Positions 19,070 to 29,300 of a stretch of 64,000 nt of DNA are shown piece by piece. The stretch comes from a virus, in UHGV virus genome UHGV-0211740. The stretch is one strand, 5' to 3'. Position 1 is the first letter of the stretch. Each line of letters begins with the position of its first letter. The notes beneath the pieces are model-generated. The model saw nothing but the letters and a program-made list of their open reading frames with translations. It had not been told where the DNA came from and made no database searches. A program made the translations under genes and the position numbers.

Positions 19070-21141
19070 TGGCAACAGCTATTTTTAAACCTTACCGTGA
19101 TTACTCTACAATGGCTGCACGGTTTCATTACCGCACAGTTCAGGATACTGCCGTTCCAGGTAGGGATTATGATCATGTTGAGGGAGATGTAACTATTCCG
19201 GTTGGAGCAACCAGCATTGAGATCCCAGTAGAAATTGTTGACAAATTGCCCAACAGGTTGCCAAGAAGCTTCTTCATGGAGTTTTCATCAGAGTCTCAAG
19301 GGGTGATGATCGGGACGCAAAAAGCAAAATGCACAATAGTCTCGGATGAGAATCTTGACAGATTATCCTGGGATACTGTTGAGGAGAGAATGTTCCACCC
19401 AAGGTATTGGGTTACAACCACTCAACAAACTGAAAGTACCTGTATTGTTGCAGATAACAACTGTTGTATTAACCGTTTGGTGTCAAGAACGTATGGGGGT
19501 ATGGCAGGTTGCATTTGGGAAACAGTTGACAAGTATGACCATTTCGGTATTGGATTTGATGATCATTATGAAATGAGAAACACCAAGCTTTGGTTCAGAA
19601 TGTCAATAAACAACGCCACCAACTTCTCCACCCCTGAAAAGATGATTATGACTGTGGACCTTGTTGATGGCACAATCATCTATGTTCCTTTAGCTCAATA
19701 TGCCGCCAGCATTTCAGAAGATAAAAATGTTGCAGAGATTCATATTGACTTTGAGGATTGCATTGGGATGGACCAGCACAACAACATGATGGGTGTTGAT
19801 CCTCGGCAGGTGAGAAGGATTCTAATTCCGCTTATGCCTAAAGATTGGGTAAGCAACAGCACAGACCCAAGGACGGAAAATGTAGAGTGCGAGTTGCGCC
19901 TAGACCTGCTTCAGCCAGACACAGGCTGGAAAATGATGCAACTTAACAATATTCAGGTGAAAGAGCACGACGTCGGGATCTGCACTGCATATGATGATAT
20001 GTGGAACGTATCACCTTTGAGAGTGTTGAACAATATTAAGCGTTTGGGCTACACGGGGATCATAAATCACTATGTTGGGATGAGTCATTACTATGACTAC
20101 ACGTGGACTGGTACTCAATGGTCTATAAACAAAACAGGGGCCTTGAACGCAGCAGCTTATAAATGGCATGATGACTTTATGTATAATGCCAAACAGCATG
20201 GCTTCGAGGTTATGCAATCTGTAAGTTTTGAGCTTTACAGTGATGCCTGCCCGTTAGAATGGACCCAAAGAGATTGGAATGATAACTATGCTAAAACAGG
20301 GTACACCCCTTGCAGCTACCTTCTATCTCCGACCATTGAAGAGGGTATGAATTTCCTTACGGCAGTGTTTAAGAATTTTGCATCGGCAGCTATGCGAAAC
20401 AATCTGCCAGTGATTATGCAGATCGGGGAGCCGTGGTGGTGGTTCAACACCGACACTCGTAAACCTTGTATTTATGATTATCCTACAAAACAAGCGTTTT
20501 ATGACGAGACTGGAGAATATGCGCTAGATATTGGAACTATTGACGATCCTAAAACTGGCGGGGTTTACGACAAGTATGTAGCATTTTGTCGTGGCAAGCT
20601 CGGAGCTCGTATTGCAGCCATTTCAAAAGCAATCAAGGCACACGCTGCATCGGCTCAGATGACAGCTTTGCTGTTTTTCCCAACCATTATGGAAACCGAG
20701 CTTACGCAGAAACTGAACCTTGCTGACCAATATAAAAAGGAAGCAGGAGCTCTTGATTTCTTCTGCACTGAGTGCTACGATTGGGTGATGCAGGGCGGTA
20801 TTGAAAAGGCAAAAGAGTCTGTAAACATACCTATCGTTAAGTTAGGTTGGCAACCGTCTGAAATACAATACCTTGCAGGGTTCGTTCCTAGTAAAGAGCT
20901 TGCTCCGGTATATGGCTACGACCCAACCAGGAATTACCAAGAATTTTTATGGAGATGTATTTGCGGAAACATGGCAACCATAGAGTATAGATACCCTGAG
21001 GTAAAACAGTATGTGTGGGCATACCCACAAGTGATGTCTGATAGTATTACTGTTACTGCCAGGGAGTCTACTGTGCTTCATATGGGGCAGGTTGCTCTGA
21101 AAGGGTATGTAGAAGATGTTGTTCCGCCAGACTTCTCATAA
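19069..21141 (+). CDS. hypothetical large structural protein
   Basis: ORF track; AGGAGGG RBS; start overlaps upstream stop. Confidence 0.5.
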   Translation: MATAIFKPYRDYSTMAARFHYRTVQDTAVPGRDYDHVEGDVTIPVGATSIEIPVEIVDKLPNRLPRSFFMEFSSESQGVMIGTQKAKCTIVSDENLDRLSWDTVEERMFHPRYWVTTTQQTESTCIVADNNCCINRLVSRTYGGMAGCIWETVDKYDHFGIGFDDHYEMRNTKLWFRMSINNATNFSTPEKMIMTVDLVDGTIIYVPLAQYAASISEDKNVAEIHIDFEDCIGMDQHNNMMGVDPRQVRRILIPLMPKDWVSNSTDPRTENVECELRLDLLQPDTGWKMMQLNNIQVKEHDVGICTAYDDMWNVSPLRVLNNIKRLGYTGIINHYVGMSHYYDYTWTGTQWSINKTGALNAAAYKWHDDFMYNAKQHGFEVMQSVSFELYSDACPLEWTQRDWNDNYAKTGYTPCSYLLSPTIEEGMNFLTAVFKNFASAAMRNNLPVIMQIGEPWWWFNTDTRKPCIYDYPTKQAFYDETGEYALDIGTIDDPKTGGVYDKYVAFCRGKLGARIAAISKAIKAHAASAQMTALLFFPTIMETELTQKLNLADQYKKEAGALDFFCTECYDWVMQGGIEKAKESVNIPIVKLGWQPSEIQYLAGFVPSKELAPVYGYDPTRNYQEFLWRCICGNMATIEYRYPEVKQYVWAYPQVMSDSITVTARESTVLHMGQVALKGYVEDVVPPDFS

Positions 21142-21153
21142 TCAGGAGATAAA

Positions 21154-22194
21154 ATGTCAAAACCTAGTTTTCCATTAGAGATTTGGGCAGAGGAGGATCA
21201 GGTTCTGCCTAACACCCACAGACAGAACAGGCTGCGCCCGATTGATGATTTGTGGAGAAAAGGTTGGGATCTTGGTCAAAAGCCCTCATGTGAAGAGCTT
21301 AACTATATTTTTAATATGCTTGGAACTTGGGCAAAATATATTGCTGACGAGCAGATCCCCGCTCAAGAAGGTCGCTATCTGGTACGGGATAATAACTTGA
21401 GCGATCTTTTGAACATCCCTGTTGCCCGTAAAAACCTTGGGATTATTACTAAGGAAGAGGCAGATGCCCGGTATGTAAAAGTTACAGGGGATACAATGAC
21501 AGGCCCTTTAGGTCTGCAACGTATCAACTTTAAAGCTGCCGAGACGGACAAGGCTTGGATAGAGACAACCATTGGTCCAGACAAGACAACTCTTGATTTT
21601 GGTTTGAGTGACAATACAGGGTCGTTCGATGATGGTGGAACATCTACAGTAGACGCATTCCGCTGGAGATTTCAACCAACTCAGCCGGACATTAACCCTG
21701 AGTTTACCTTGATGTACCTGAATGCCATCACAGCTAACCGTGCACTGCTGAAAGTGATAGGTAATGTTGAAATTGTAGACAACATGAGGTGCAATAACCT
21801 TACCATTACCAGCACAGCAACATTCACCAACTGCAATGTGGGAAGCCAGTTAACTACAGGGTCACTGTATGTCAATGGAGGCACCAGCTGCGATAGTTTG
21901 GTTGTGAGAAGTCAGCACTGTGTTGTTGGTAACCGAAATGTGGTCCGCTCTGTGAACGGTGTAACCGCCAACGGCAACGGCGATGTGACGATCACTATTC
22001 CGCAAACAGGTGTGCAAGACATCAGAATTGGTGCAAGACTTGTTGACGGTGTTTCTGAATCTCCAGTCCGCAATGGCTACGTTGTCACAGGATGGCATTT
22101 TGGTGATAAAAAAGAAATGCGTGGTTCAACTTACTGGGCAGGACCTTTACAAAAACTTGTAAACGGTCAATGGATCACTGTTAATTATGCGTAG
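21154..22194 (+). CDS. tail fibre / receptor-binding protein, paralog A
   Basis: AGGAGA RBS; N-terminus and C-terminal 14 aa (QKLVNGQWITVNYA) shared with 23209 gene; followed by Tfa-like chaperone. Confidence 0.6.
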   Translation: MSKPSFPLEIWAEEDQVLPNTHRQNRLRPIDDLWRKGWDLGQKPSCEELNYIFNMLGTWAKYIADEQIPAQEGRYLVRDNNLSDLLNIPVARKNLGIITKEEADARYVKVTGDTMTGPLGLQRINFKAAETDKAWIETTIGPDKTTLDFGLSDNTGSFDDGGTSTVDAFRWRFQPTQPDINPEFTLMYLNAITANRALLKVIGNVEIVDNMRCNNLTITSTATFTNCNVGSQLTTGSLYVNGGTSCDSLVVRSQHCVVGNRNVVRSVNGVTANGNGDVTITIPQTGVQDIRIGARLVDGVSESPVRNGYVVTGWHFGDKKEMRGSTYWAGPLQKLVNGQWITVNYA

Positions 22195-22208
22195 ATCGGA
22201 GGACTAGC

Positions 22209-22793
22209 ATGAAAATACTTCAAGAGTTTAAGCTTTACCAGCCAGGATCTGGCGAATACTCCGCCAATGAGGAAACCAAAGAGTTGACCCCTCAAGAGGT
22301 TGAGGATTACACTGCATACACAGGGTATTTTTTACGTAATGATGATGGAGATTGGTATGTGCAGTCCAGAACATTACGACAAGAAAACCCAGGGTGTATC
22401 TTCCTACTTGTTGACGAGAAGGGTATTCTTAAGACATCTACAGAAGAGCCTGATGCCTTATGGCCTGCTCCAGGTCTTCGTGTGGTTATCGCCAAAAAAG
22501 AAGAGGTACCAGAAAACATTATGCTCCACCACGACGCTTTGCGTTTAGTTGGTGATGAATTTGTCACAGATAATGAATTCTTTGTTCAACAGGCAGAGGG
22601 TGTCATAGAGACAGAACTTGCTTGGGCTACTGCTAGAATTGGTGCCTATCAAGACATGATTGACCTTGAATATGATCTTACTGATGACCAAAAACGCAAC
22701 ATCAGAGATTTGAAAATGTACAGGGTAAAACTTCTTGAAATAGATACATCTAAAGCCCCTGACATTTTCTTCCCGGAACGACCTACCCTCTAA
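22209..22793 (+). CDS. tail fibre assembly chaperone (Tfa/Caudo_TAP-like)
   Basis: C-terminal W..YR..LL..D...APDIFFPERP motif; immediately downstream of a fibre gene. Confidence 0.55.
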   Translation: MKILQEFKLYQPGSGEYSANEETKELTPQEVEDYTAYTGYFLRNDDGDWYVQSRTLRQENPGCIFLLVDEKGILKTSTEEPDALWPAPGLRVVIAKKEEVPENIMLHHDALRLVGDEFVTDNEFFVQQAEGVIETELAWATARIGAYQDMIDLEYDLTDDQKRNIRDLKMYRVKLLEIDTSKAPDIFFPERPTL

Positions 22794-22804
22794 GAGGAGG
22801 TGTT

Positions 22805-23119
22805 GTGGAGTTGGATTTGGCGGCGTTGTACGGTATCTGCATGGGTACCGTTGTCCCGATCTGTGTATGGGCTTTCAACCAGTGGCACACCAAATGGAAA
22901 GGTATTTCCAAGAGGTTGGATGAGCTGGAGAAAGACCTCATCCTAGTGAAAAATAGCATGGTTACAAAAGATAGACTTGATTCCATTATCGAGACCCGGT
23001 TAAGTAAGCTAGAGGCCGATATTAACGACCTTAAGCAAGATGTCAGAACAGATGTCTCCGGTATCCGAGCTGACGTGCAAAAGATTTTGCACATGCTTGT
23101 AGAGCATAGTAAAAGGTAA
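22805..23119 (+). CDS. membrane-anchored coiled-coil protein (possible i-spanin-like or assembly factor)
   Basis: GTG start after GAGGAGG; N-terminal hydrophobic helix then charged coiled coil. Confidence 0.4.
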   Translation: MELDLAALYGICMGTVVPICVWAFNQWHTKWKGISKRLDELEKDLILVKNSMVTKDRLDSIIETRLSKLEADINDLKQDVRTDVSGIRADVQKILHMLVEHSKR

Positions 23120-23129
23120 ACAAAGGTCA

Positions 23130-23160
23130 GGACGGAAAGGACTCCGTTCTTGCATTTTGT
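23130..23160 (+). terminator. hairpin plus T-rich tract, weak terminator
   Basis: GGACGG-loop-CCGTTC then TTGCATTTTGT. Confidence 0.35.
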
Positions 23161-23178
23161 TCTCTAAAGTGTTAAAAT
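23150..23178 (+). promoter_or_regulatory. sigma70-like promoter TTGCAT-17-TAAAAT
   Basis: Read directly upstream of the second fibre paralog. Confidence 0.45.
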
Positions 23179-23208
23179 AGTCCTAAGGAATTTTCTCAGG
23201 AGAACGTG

Positions 23209-24252
23209 ATGGCTAAACCAGTTATCCCTCTTGATATTTGGGCCAATCAGGATGTTGTGCTTGAAAATACAGGAGAGTTGAATAAGTCTCAACCAAAAAA
23301 AGAAGAGAGACTGAAAGGTTGGGATATGACACAAAGGGTGGCATGTGAAGTTGTTAACTTTGAACTTCACATGCTCTCTGCGTGGTTAAGACATTTAACA
23401 GAAGATGTTATTCCAGGGTGGGATAATAGATTTTTAAGGGTTACCAATAATCTAGCAGACGTTCCAGACAAAGCTGCTGCACGCCAAGTCCTCAATGTAT
23501 ACTCCCCTGAAGAAATGGACGACCTATATGTTGACAAATCTGGGGACACAATGACCCAAACTCAAACTTTAGGTCTTCAAAGAATACAGTTCGCATCTGC
23601 GTCCACAGATAGTGCGGCAATATATACCACTATAACTCCAGACAAGACGCTGATGGATTTCTGGATTATGGACAATATTGGTGGTGCAGACGGTGCAGAT
23701 CTTGATGATTCTTCTAATCAAATAGATGGGTTTCGTTGGAGATTCCAGCCTTCTGGTGGACAGCCTGTATTTTCTGCCATGAAGCTTAATGCTATAACTG
23801 CCAATCGTGCAAGACTGGCTATTCAGGGGAATCTTGAATGCAACGACGCAAAAAGTTCCTCTGCAAATGCTAATGCGGTCACGATACCAAGAGCTACCGT
23901 CAATGGACAACAATCTTGCGGTAATGCCCAAGTTGGTGGAAGATTGGATTGTAATGATGGAACTGTACGAGGTCAGTATTCGATAGTCGGCGGTAGAAAC
24001 GTGGTTCGTAGGGTGAACGGTAATAGTGCAGACAGCAGCGGTAACCTTACTATTCCTATGCCAAGTAGGGGAGTTGACGATGTAAGGATAGCAAACCGCT
24101 TCAGAACCACCTACAGAGAATCAAGAGTCTACGTAGGACATGTAATGTGTTCTGGTAATTACGCTTACAAACACCCATATCAAGGCGACTATTGGACAGG
24201 TGCTATCCAAAAACTTGTAAACGGTCAATGGATCACTATATCTTATGCTTAA
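23209..24252 (+). CDS. tail fibre / receptor-binding protein, paralog B
   Basis: ORF track 23206..24252; ATG 23209 after AGGAGA; shares conserved N-terminal motifs and C-terminus QKLVNGQWITISYA with paralog A. Confidence 0.6.
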   Translation: MAKPVIPLDIWANQDVVLENTGELNKSQPKKEERLKGWDMTQRVACEVVNFELHMLSAWLRHLTEDVIPGWDNRFLRVTNNLADVPDKAAARQVLNVYSPEEMDDLYVDKSGDTMTQTQTLGLQRIQFASASTDSAAIYTTITPDKTLMDFWIMDNIGGADGADLDDSSNQIDGFRWRFQPSGGQPVFSAMKLNAITANRARLAIQGNLECNDAKSSSANANAVTIPRATVNGQQSCGNAQVGGRLDCNDGTVRGQYSIVGGRNVVRRVNGNSADSSGNLTIPMPSRGVDDVRIANRFRTTYRESRVYVGHVMCSGNYAYKHPYQGDYWTGAIQKLVNGQWITISYA

Positions 24253-24263
24253 AAAGAGGGTAA

Positions 24264-24530
24264 ATGAAACTAACTCAGTTTTTATGGGGACTGGTTGCGG
24301 CATCTGATGACCCTACAAAAGTGTCCCAATCTAAGCTATGGTCGAACATCGGCATGGCAGTGATGACTGGGGTGTTTATTCACATGGGGTACAATGATAC
24401 ACTTCCTGAATGGTATGCGTGGATATACGCACCATCGGTAGCCTGTCCCCAGCTTATTAGCAAATTCATCTCGCTCCGGTGGGGTTGCCAGCACCCTGAC
24501 CACGTTAAAAGCGAAGAGCAAAAAGCTTAA
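24264..24530 (+). CDS. small protein with hydrophobic segments
   Basis: ORF track; AGAGGG RBS; function unknown. Confidence 0.4.
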   Translation: MKLTQFLWGLVAASDDPTKVSQSKLWSNIGMAVMTGVFIHMGYNDTLPEWYAWIYAPSVACPQLISKFISLRWGCQHPDHVKSEEQKA

Positions 24531-24539
24531 GGAGAAATC

Positions 24540-26285
24540 ATGGCGCAAGACATGACAAGCTTCGAGCAGGCGGTAGATCAAGTAATTGTGGATTCTGAAC
24601 GTCTGCACTTGGTTGTCAACGGTAACGCTGTGGATGAAGTTGTCGTAGAGGATGGTACCACCATCCCTACGGTACGGAAAGCCATGCTTGACAACCTTTA
24701 TTTTAAAACGCCACCGATTCCTTGGGCGTACGGGGCATCCACAACAGTTTTTAACCAACTTTATGAGTTTAAAGGTGACACAGGTCCTCAGTGGTGGTAC
24801 GCGCCTGCGGCATCAAAAGCTAATCCGGTTAGAATGCCAGCAGACCCTTCACAATCTGCAAACTGGAGATTGTATACCGACTCTGCAGTAATGGCAAAGT
24901 ACTATGCAAAACTTAACAGCCCGAGGTTTGAAGGTGACCCGCGAGTACCTACACCTCCAATGGATGATAAGTCAGAGTCTATAGCAAACACGGAGTTTGT
25001 TGTTGACTACGTGGATAGTATATTTGAAGCTATGGAGGGGATGAAAGTTACCGTAGGTTCTTTGGTGGTAAAAGGTCTTTCAGAGCTTGCCAATACCATA
25101 GTTGGAGGGACTCTTACCTTACAAGGGCCTGTCAACGGAGCAGACTCTACGGCACGCTTCAGAAACCTAATCCTCACGGCAAATACTTCTACACTTACCT
25201 TCGCTTGGAGCGATCCTAAGCATACGGACTGGAAAAGCACAGAACTGCAGCCTCACGAGGTGTCAACGCACAGGGTTATAGCTGACACTATAACATCTGG
25301 AAAACCTGTGGCAAACAACAATGATGTGCATTTTAATGGTCTTGGAAACAACTTCTTTGACTATGTGTATATCCGTGGTAATGCCATGAAGGCGGCGACC
25401 GAACCAACACTGCAGGTTGATGGTATCACCAGGGTTAAAAACCTGGAAGTGACAGGCACTGTTACAGGGATAACCTACTCTGTTGATGGCACCATGATTT
25501 ACCCTAGCTACATCGAAAGCACAGGGGATGCACTGATCAATGGAGATTTAGAGGTTGGCGGGGCAATAGTTATTCGTGGTACAGCCTCTGTGCAGAACTT
25601 GTCCTTAAACACTCTGAGTGTGAACGAGCGTGCCACTTTTGAAGGAGAAGGAATTACAGCCAATAAGGGTGCAATTACCTCCCTGACTGCCACCACTTTA
25701 ACGGCAACAACTGCAAACGCTGAAAACTGCAACGTTAGCAGAAACTTGCAAGTTAATGGGGATGTGAGTTTGAACGCAGCAGGGACTGGAACTACCTACC
25801 TCCACAACCTTGAAATATCAGGTGCCGTCACCGGGTGGTTGCCAGACTTCTCTAATGTTAACTTTGTCTGTAATGGTATCAACTCTAGTGGTAAGATAAC
25901 CACCTCTCAAGGAATTGAGGCTGGTAAAACTATCACTGCCCCTGCTTTCCACGCAGGAAAAGTAGACTTTGACTTAGAAGAGGTTGATGCATCCAGTGGG
26001 ACATGGACACCTAACGGGCAGGCCAATATGTATGTTGTCCACGCAAAAGGTGACTTTACAATAGGTCAGTGGCCTGGAACATCGGCTGAAGATAAACCTT
26101 ACCCGTTCACTGCAATCATCTATGTCATTCAGGATGCTGTAGGTCACAACGTGACTTTACACGATAAGTATGCCATCTTGTCGGCAACGCCTGTTATTAA
26201 CAACAAGGCCAACAGCGTCACCTTACTACAATTGACATATTGTGGTGTTGGTGATATTGTGGATGTGGTTATTGCACAACGTTAA
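24540..26285 (+). CDS. tail fibre protein
   Basis: AAGGAG RBS; N-terminal region ending SIANTEFV as in long tail fibre proximal domains; Gly/Thr-rich body. Confidence 0.6.
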   Translation: MAQDMTSFEQAVDQVIVDSERLHLVVNGNAVDEVVVEDGTTIPTVRKAMLDNLYFKTPPIPWAYGASTTVFNQLYEFKGDTGPQWWYAPAASKANPVRMPADPSQSANWRLYTDSAVMAKYYAKLNSPRFEGDPRVPTPPMDDKSESIANTEFVVDYVDSIFEAMEGMKVTVGSLVVKGLSELANTIVGGTLTLQGPVNGADSTARFRNLILTANTSTLTFAWSDPKHTDWKSTELQPHEVSTHRVIADTITSGKPVANNNDVHFNGLGNNFFDYVYIRGNAMKAATEPTLQVDGITRVKNLEVTGTVTGITYSVDGTMIYPSYIESTGDALINGDLEVGGAIVIRGTASVQNLSLNTLSVNERATFEGEGITANKGAITSLTATTLTATTANAENCNVSRNLQVNGDVSLNAAGTGTTYLHNLEISGAVTGWLPDFSNVNFVCNGINSSGKITTSQGIEAGKTITAPAFHAGKVDFDLEEVDASSGTWTPNGQANMYVVHAKGDFTIGQWPGTSAEDKPYPFTAIIYVIQDAVGHNVTLHDKYAILSATPVINNKANSVTLLQLTYCGVGDIVDVVIAQR

Positions 26286-26293
26286 TATATCTG

Positions 26294-26320
26294 ACCGCTC
26301 CTGACGGGGCGGTTTTCTTA
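26294..26320 (+). terminator. rho-independent terminator
   Basis: 8-bp stem with TGAC loop then TTTTCTT. Confidence 0.55.
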
Positions 26321-26333
26321 TCTGGAGAACACA

Positions 26334-29300
26334 ATGCTTCCAATCCCTTTGCTAAAACTTGGTCGTCATTTCCTCGATAAGAGGGGTGGAGTTAAGGAAC
26401 TTGCTGTTCTGTCATACCCAATAGACAACAGTGACGGTACAAGCACTACAGTAGCCTATGTAAATAGCTTAGCTATACTTTTTGATAACGGTCAACTCAA
26501 TATTACAGGTTACAACAGGTTCGGGGAGTGCAGGACTGGAGATCTTGACACGATAAACTACCCAAATGAGGCTGCCTGGAACGTTGACCATGTGTGGAGA
26601 GCAGACCGTGCGTTTGTGATCCGAACTTTTGATAATCAGTTTTTCTACATCGGCTGCACTGCAGGGCTTATTGGGTCTGATGCTGCAGGTGGTAATGATG
26701 TTTGTGTAAGGGAGTGGACACCTCTTCCTGAACAGATTGTTAAAGGATTGCACCTTGACACCCACCCAGAGCGCCTTGTTGAGGTGATGGGCGGTATTAA
26801 CAACACCGTCTGGGTTATGGCAGAGGCAGAAGGCACTGGCATTTTACACCTGTACGGATCTGGTAACAACACCTACGGATCTTTGCATGTGGATAAAAAC
26901 CAGCATGCAACCCCTGTAAAGATTGGTGAAACATCGGAAAATCCTGAAACAGGTCCTTGGAAAAACCCAAGCATCAACTGTGAGGTGCATGATAACTCTG
27001 TTATTTTCGGCGGTCCTAGAGGTTTCTGGATTGCGGGATACGACTTTCTGAGAAACAACAGCAGAAACGACCTTGTTTGGCCTCCTGCTCAGATTACCCG
27101 TGACGATTTGAGAGGTATTCCTGCAGATGAGGAGTGGAAAGGGTTCATGTGCGGTCCGAACGGGGCAGTGGTTGTAACACAAAGAATGCACAGACCTGAT
27201 GACCAGCAACTTGTTAACGTATTCTACGGGCAAAACATCTGGGGAGATGATACATGGCGTTCCTTAAATCTTACCTACACCCATGAAGTAATAATGGCGC
27301 GTGGGTACGGAACAAGCGGCATTTTCTTCAATAATGGCACTAAGCAGTATCGTGGATTCTCTCGCAACTTATGTAATGATATTGGTGCACAGTCTGCAAA
27401 CAATAGCCCTAGGGATAATTTTATCCACTATCAAGCCCTTGCCACAGCTAAATATGTTGAGCAAAGACTGCCAGTCAGCTGGACAGAGAGTGTTTATTTC
27501 CAGGGCATTCACAGAGAGGGTTTTTTAGGGACCTTTACTGTTGTTAATGGTAAACTTTGGTGGTCAGGTATCCCAAGGGGAAGTTTTGCAGGCTCTAATA
27601 ACTTGTTTGGGGGTAGACTTAATAGTCAAGGGTTCACAGAGGTTCCTGAGAATTGGTATAAAAATGTTCCAGTAGACAGTTGGGATATTGAGGATATTTT
27701 TGACGTTAACGGTGTTAGCAGCGTTAGCAATATTTACATTGGTGACACGGTCAAGATGAAATTGAAGCCTCAGCCAGAGGGTGCTACGTTCATTATTGAC
27801 AAGATTGAACTGGTAAATGCTGCAGGCACGGTTGTTACAGATGCAAATTATCAATTCTCCACCAACTGGAACCACGGTGGTGCCAACGAAGTTATTGTTA
27901 CCCAGTATAACAGGAATGTTAACAGACGTGGCCTGTACTCTGTAAAAATAACCTATCATGACAAGCATGGCACAGGTAGAACTCACACGACAAGGACTTT
28001 GAACTGGAACACCATAGTTCCTGCGTATCCGTCTAACGGTAAGTGGCATACTGTCGGTAGAAACAAGCAGTTCCATGTTAACGATACTGTGTACTTTGGG
28101 CTGAATGGTACTCAGCCTGCAGTAGAAGGGGATACATCGTATATGGTCAGACTCCATAGAATGGATGCTGGATCAGTAACTTATGATGTTACCCAAGAGA
28201 TTTATGATCAGCGACGAAATACCTACAATAACTTGGTGCAGACACAGGCCTTATGGGAGTTCAACCCCAACGGCAGAGGTGGTAAAATGTTGCAGGTCAA
28301 CGAACAAAACGGGACATCGTTGACTGTACACGAACATTCAGATCCTTGGCCTGATCCTGGAAAACCTCACCCAGGCGCTCGTACACTAAAAATTGTCAGC
28401 CATGACGTAGGATATTTCGGAATACGCTGGGAAGCTACGGTAAGATATGCCGACGGGACGACAAACAATATTGGGATTACTCTTGGCGGCACCAGTGAGG
28501 ATAACTCGCTGAAAATTGCCTACACACCCAGAGGCATCTCTATTGACAATATGGATGTTGTTCGCAATGGTTACGGAGATGTAAACATCAAAGTTACTCT
28601 TGGTGAGCATCTCGGCGGAGAGAGGATCATTATGTATGCCTTTGATCATGACCCGCGAACCAACGGAACTTATGCGAATCAGGCCTGGAGTTACCTGATA
28701 AGTGCGCCTGAGCCAAATACTAAAGAATTCTACTACGGTATGAAGCGAGATGTGTGCAAGAAAACAGGAACACATGACTGGATTGCTATCTGCGTTAAAG
28801 ATGAGAGAACAGCTTGGGATGAGCCTGTTAACAGATGGTTCATAGGTATTCCCACTCGAAGTGATAAATACGTTGAAGAATATATTGTGTGCATGGGTGG
28901 CACCAACCTCAATATGTGTTGGAACGAGGATGCAAACAAATACTCTGATTATGACTATATGAGGGACTACTCTTGCAATCAATGGTTTAACCAAACCGGG
29001 TATGCTAATCGGCAGTCAAGAGTAAACCCTGCAATCTTTACAGATACGCAGGTTTTCTTGACAAAACAGGCAAACGAGGTTCAGACCTTCAAGAACAACT
29101 ATGACCCTAACAAGTGGTTCTATAACTGCTATGGGGCATTTTTCTGGGGACCCGGGGAATTACCTGGTGGTGGCTCTTGTTTTGAGGCTGCAACTTACGC
29201 CAGTGACAGATTTATGGGCCAGGTCAAGAAATACAAGATAATTCCAGGGCCTGAAACTTTAGGTAACGCTGTCGACCCCTATATCATCATGAGTGATCTA

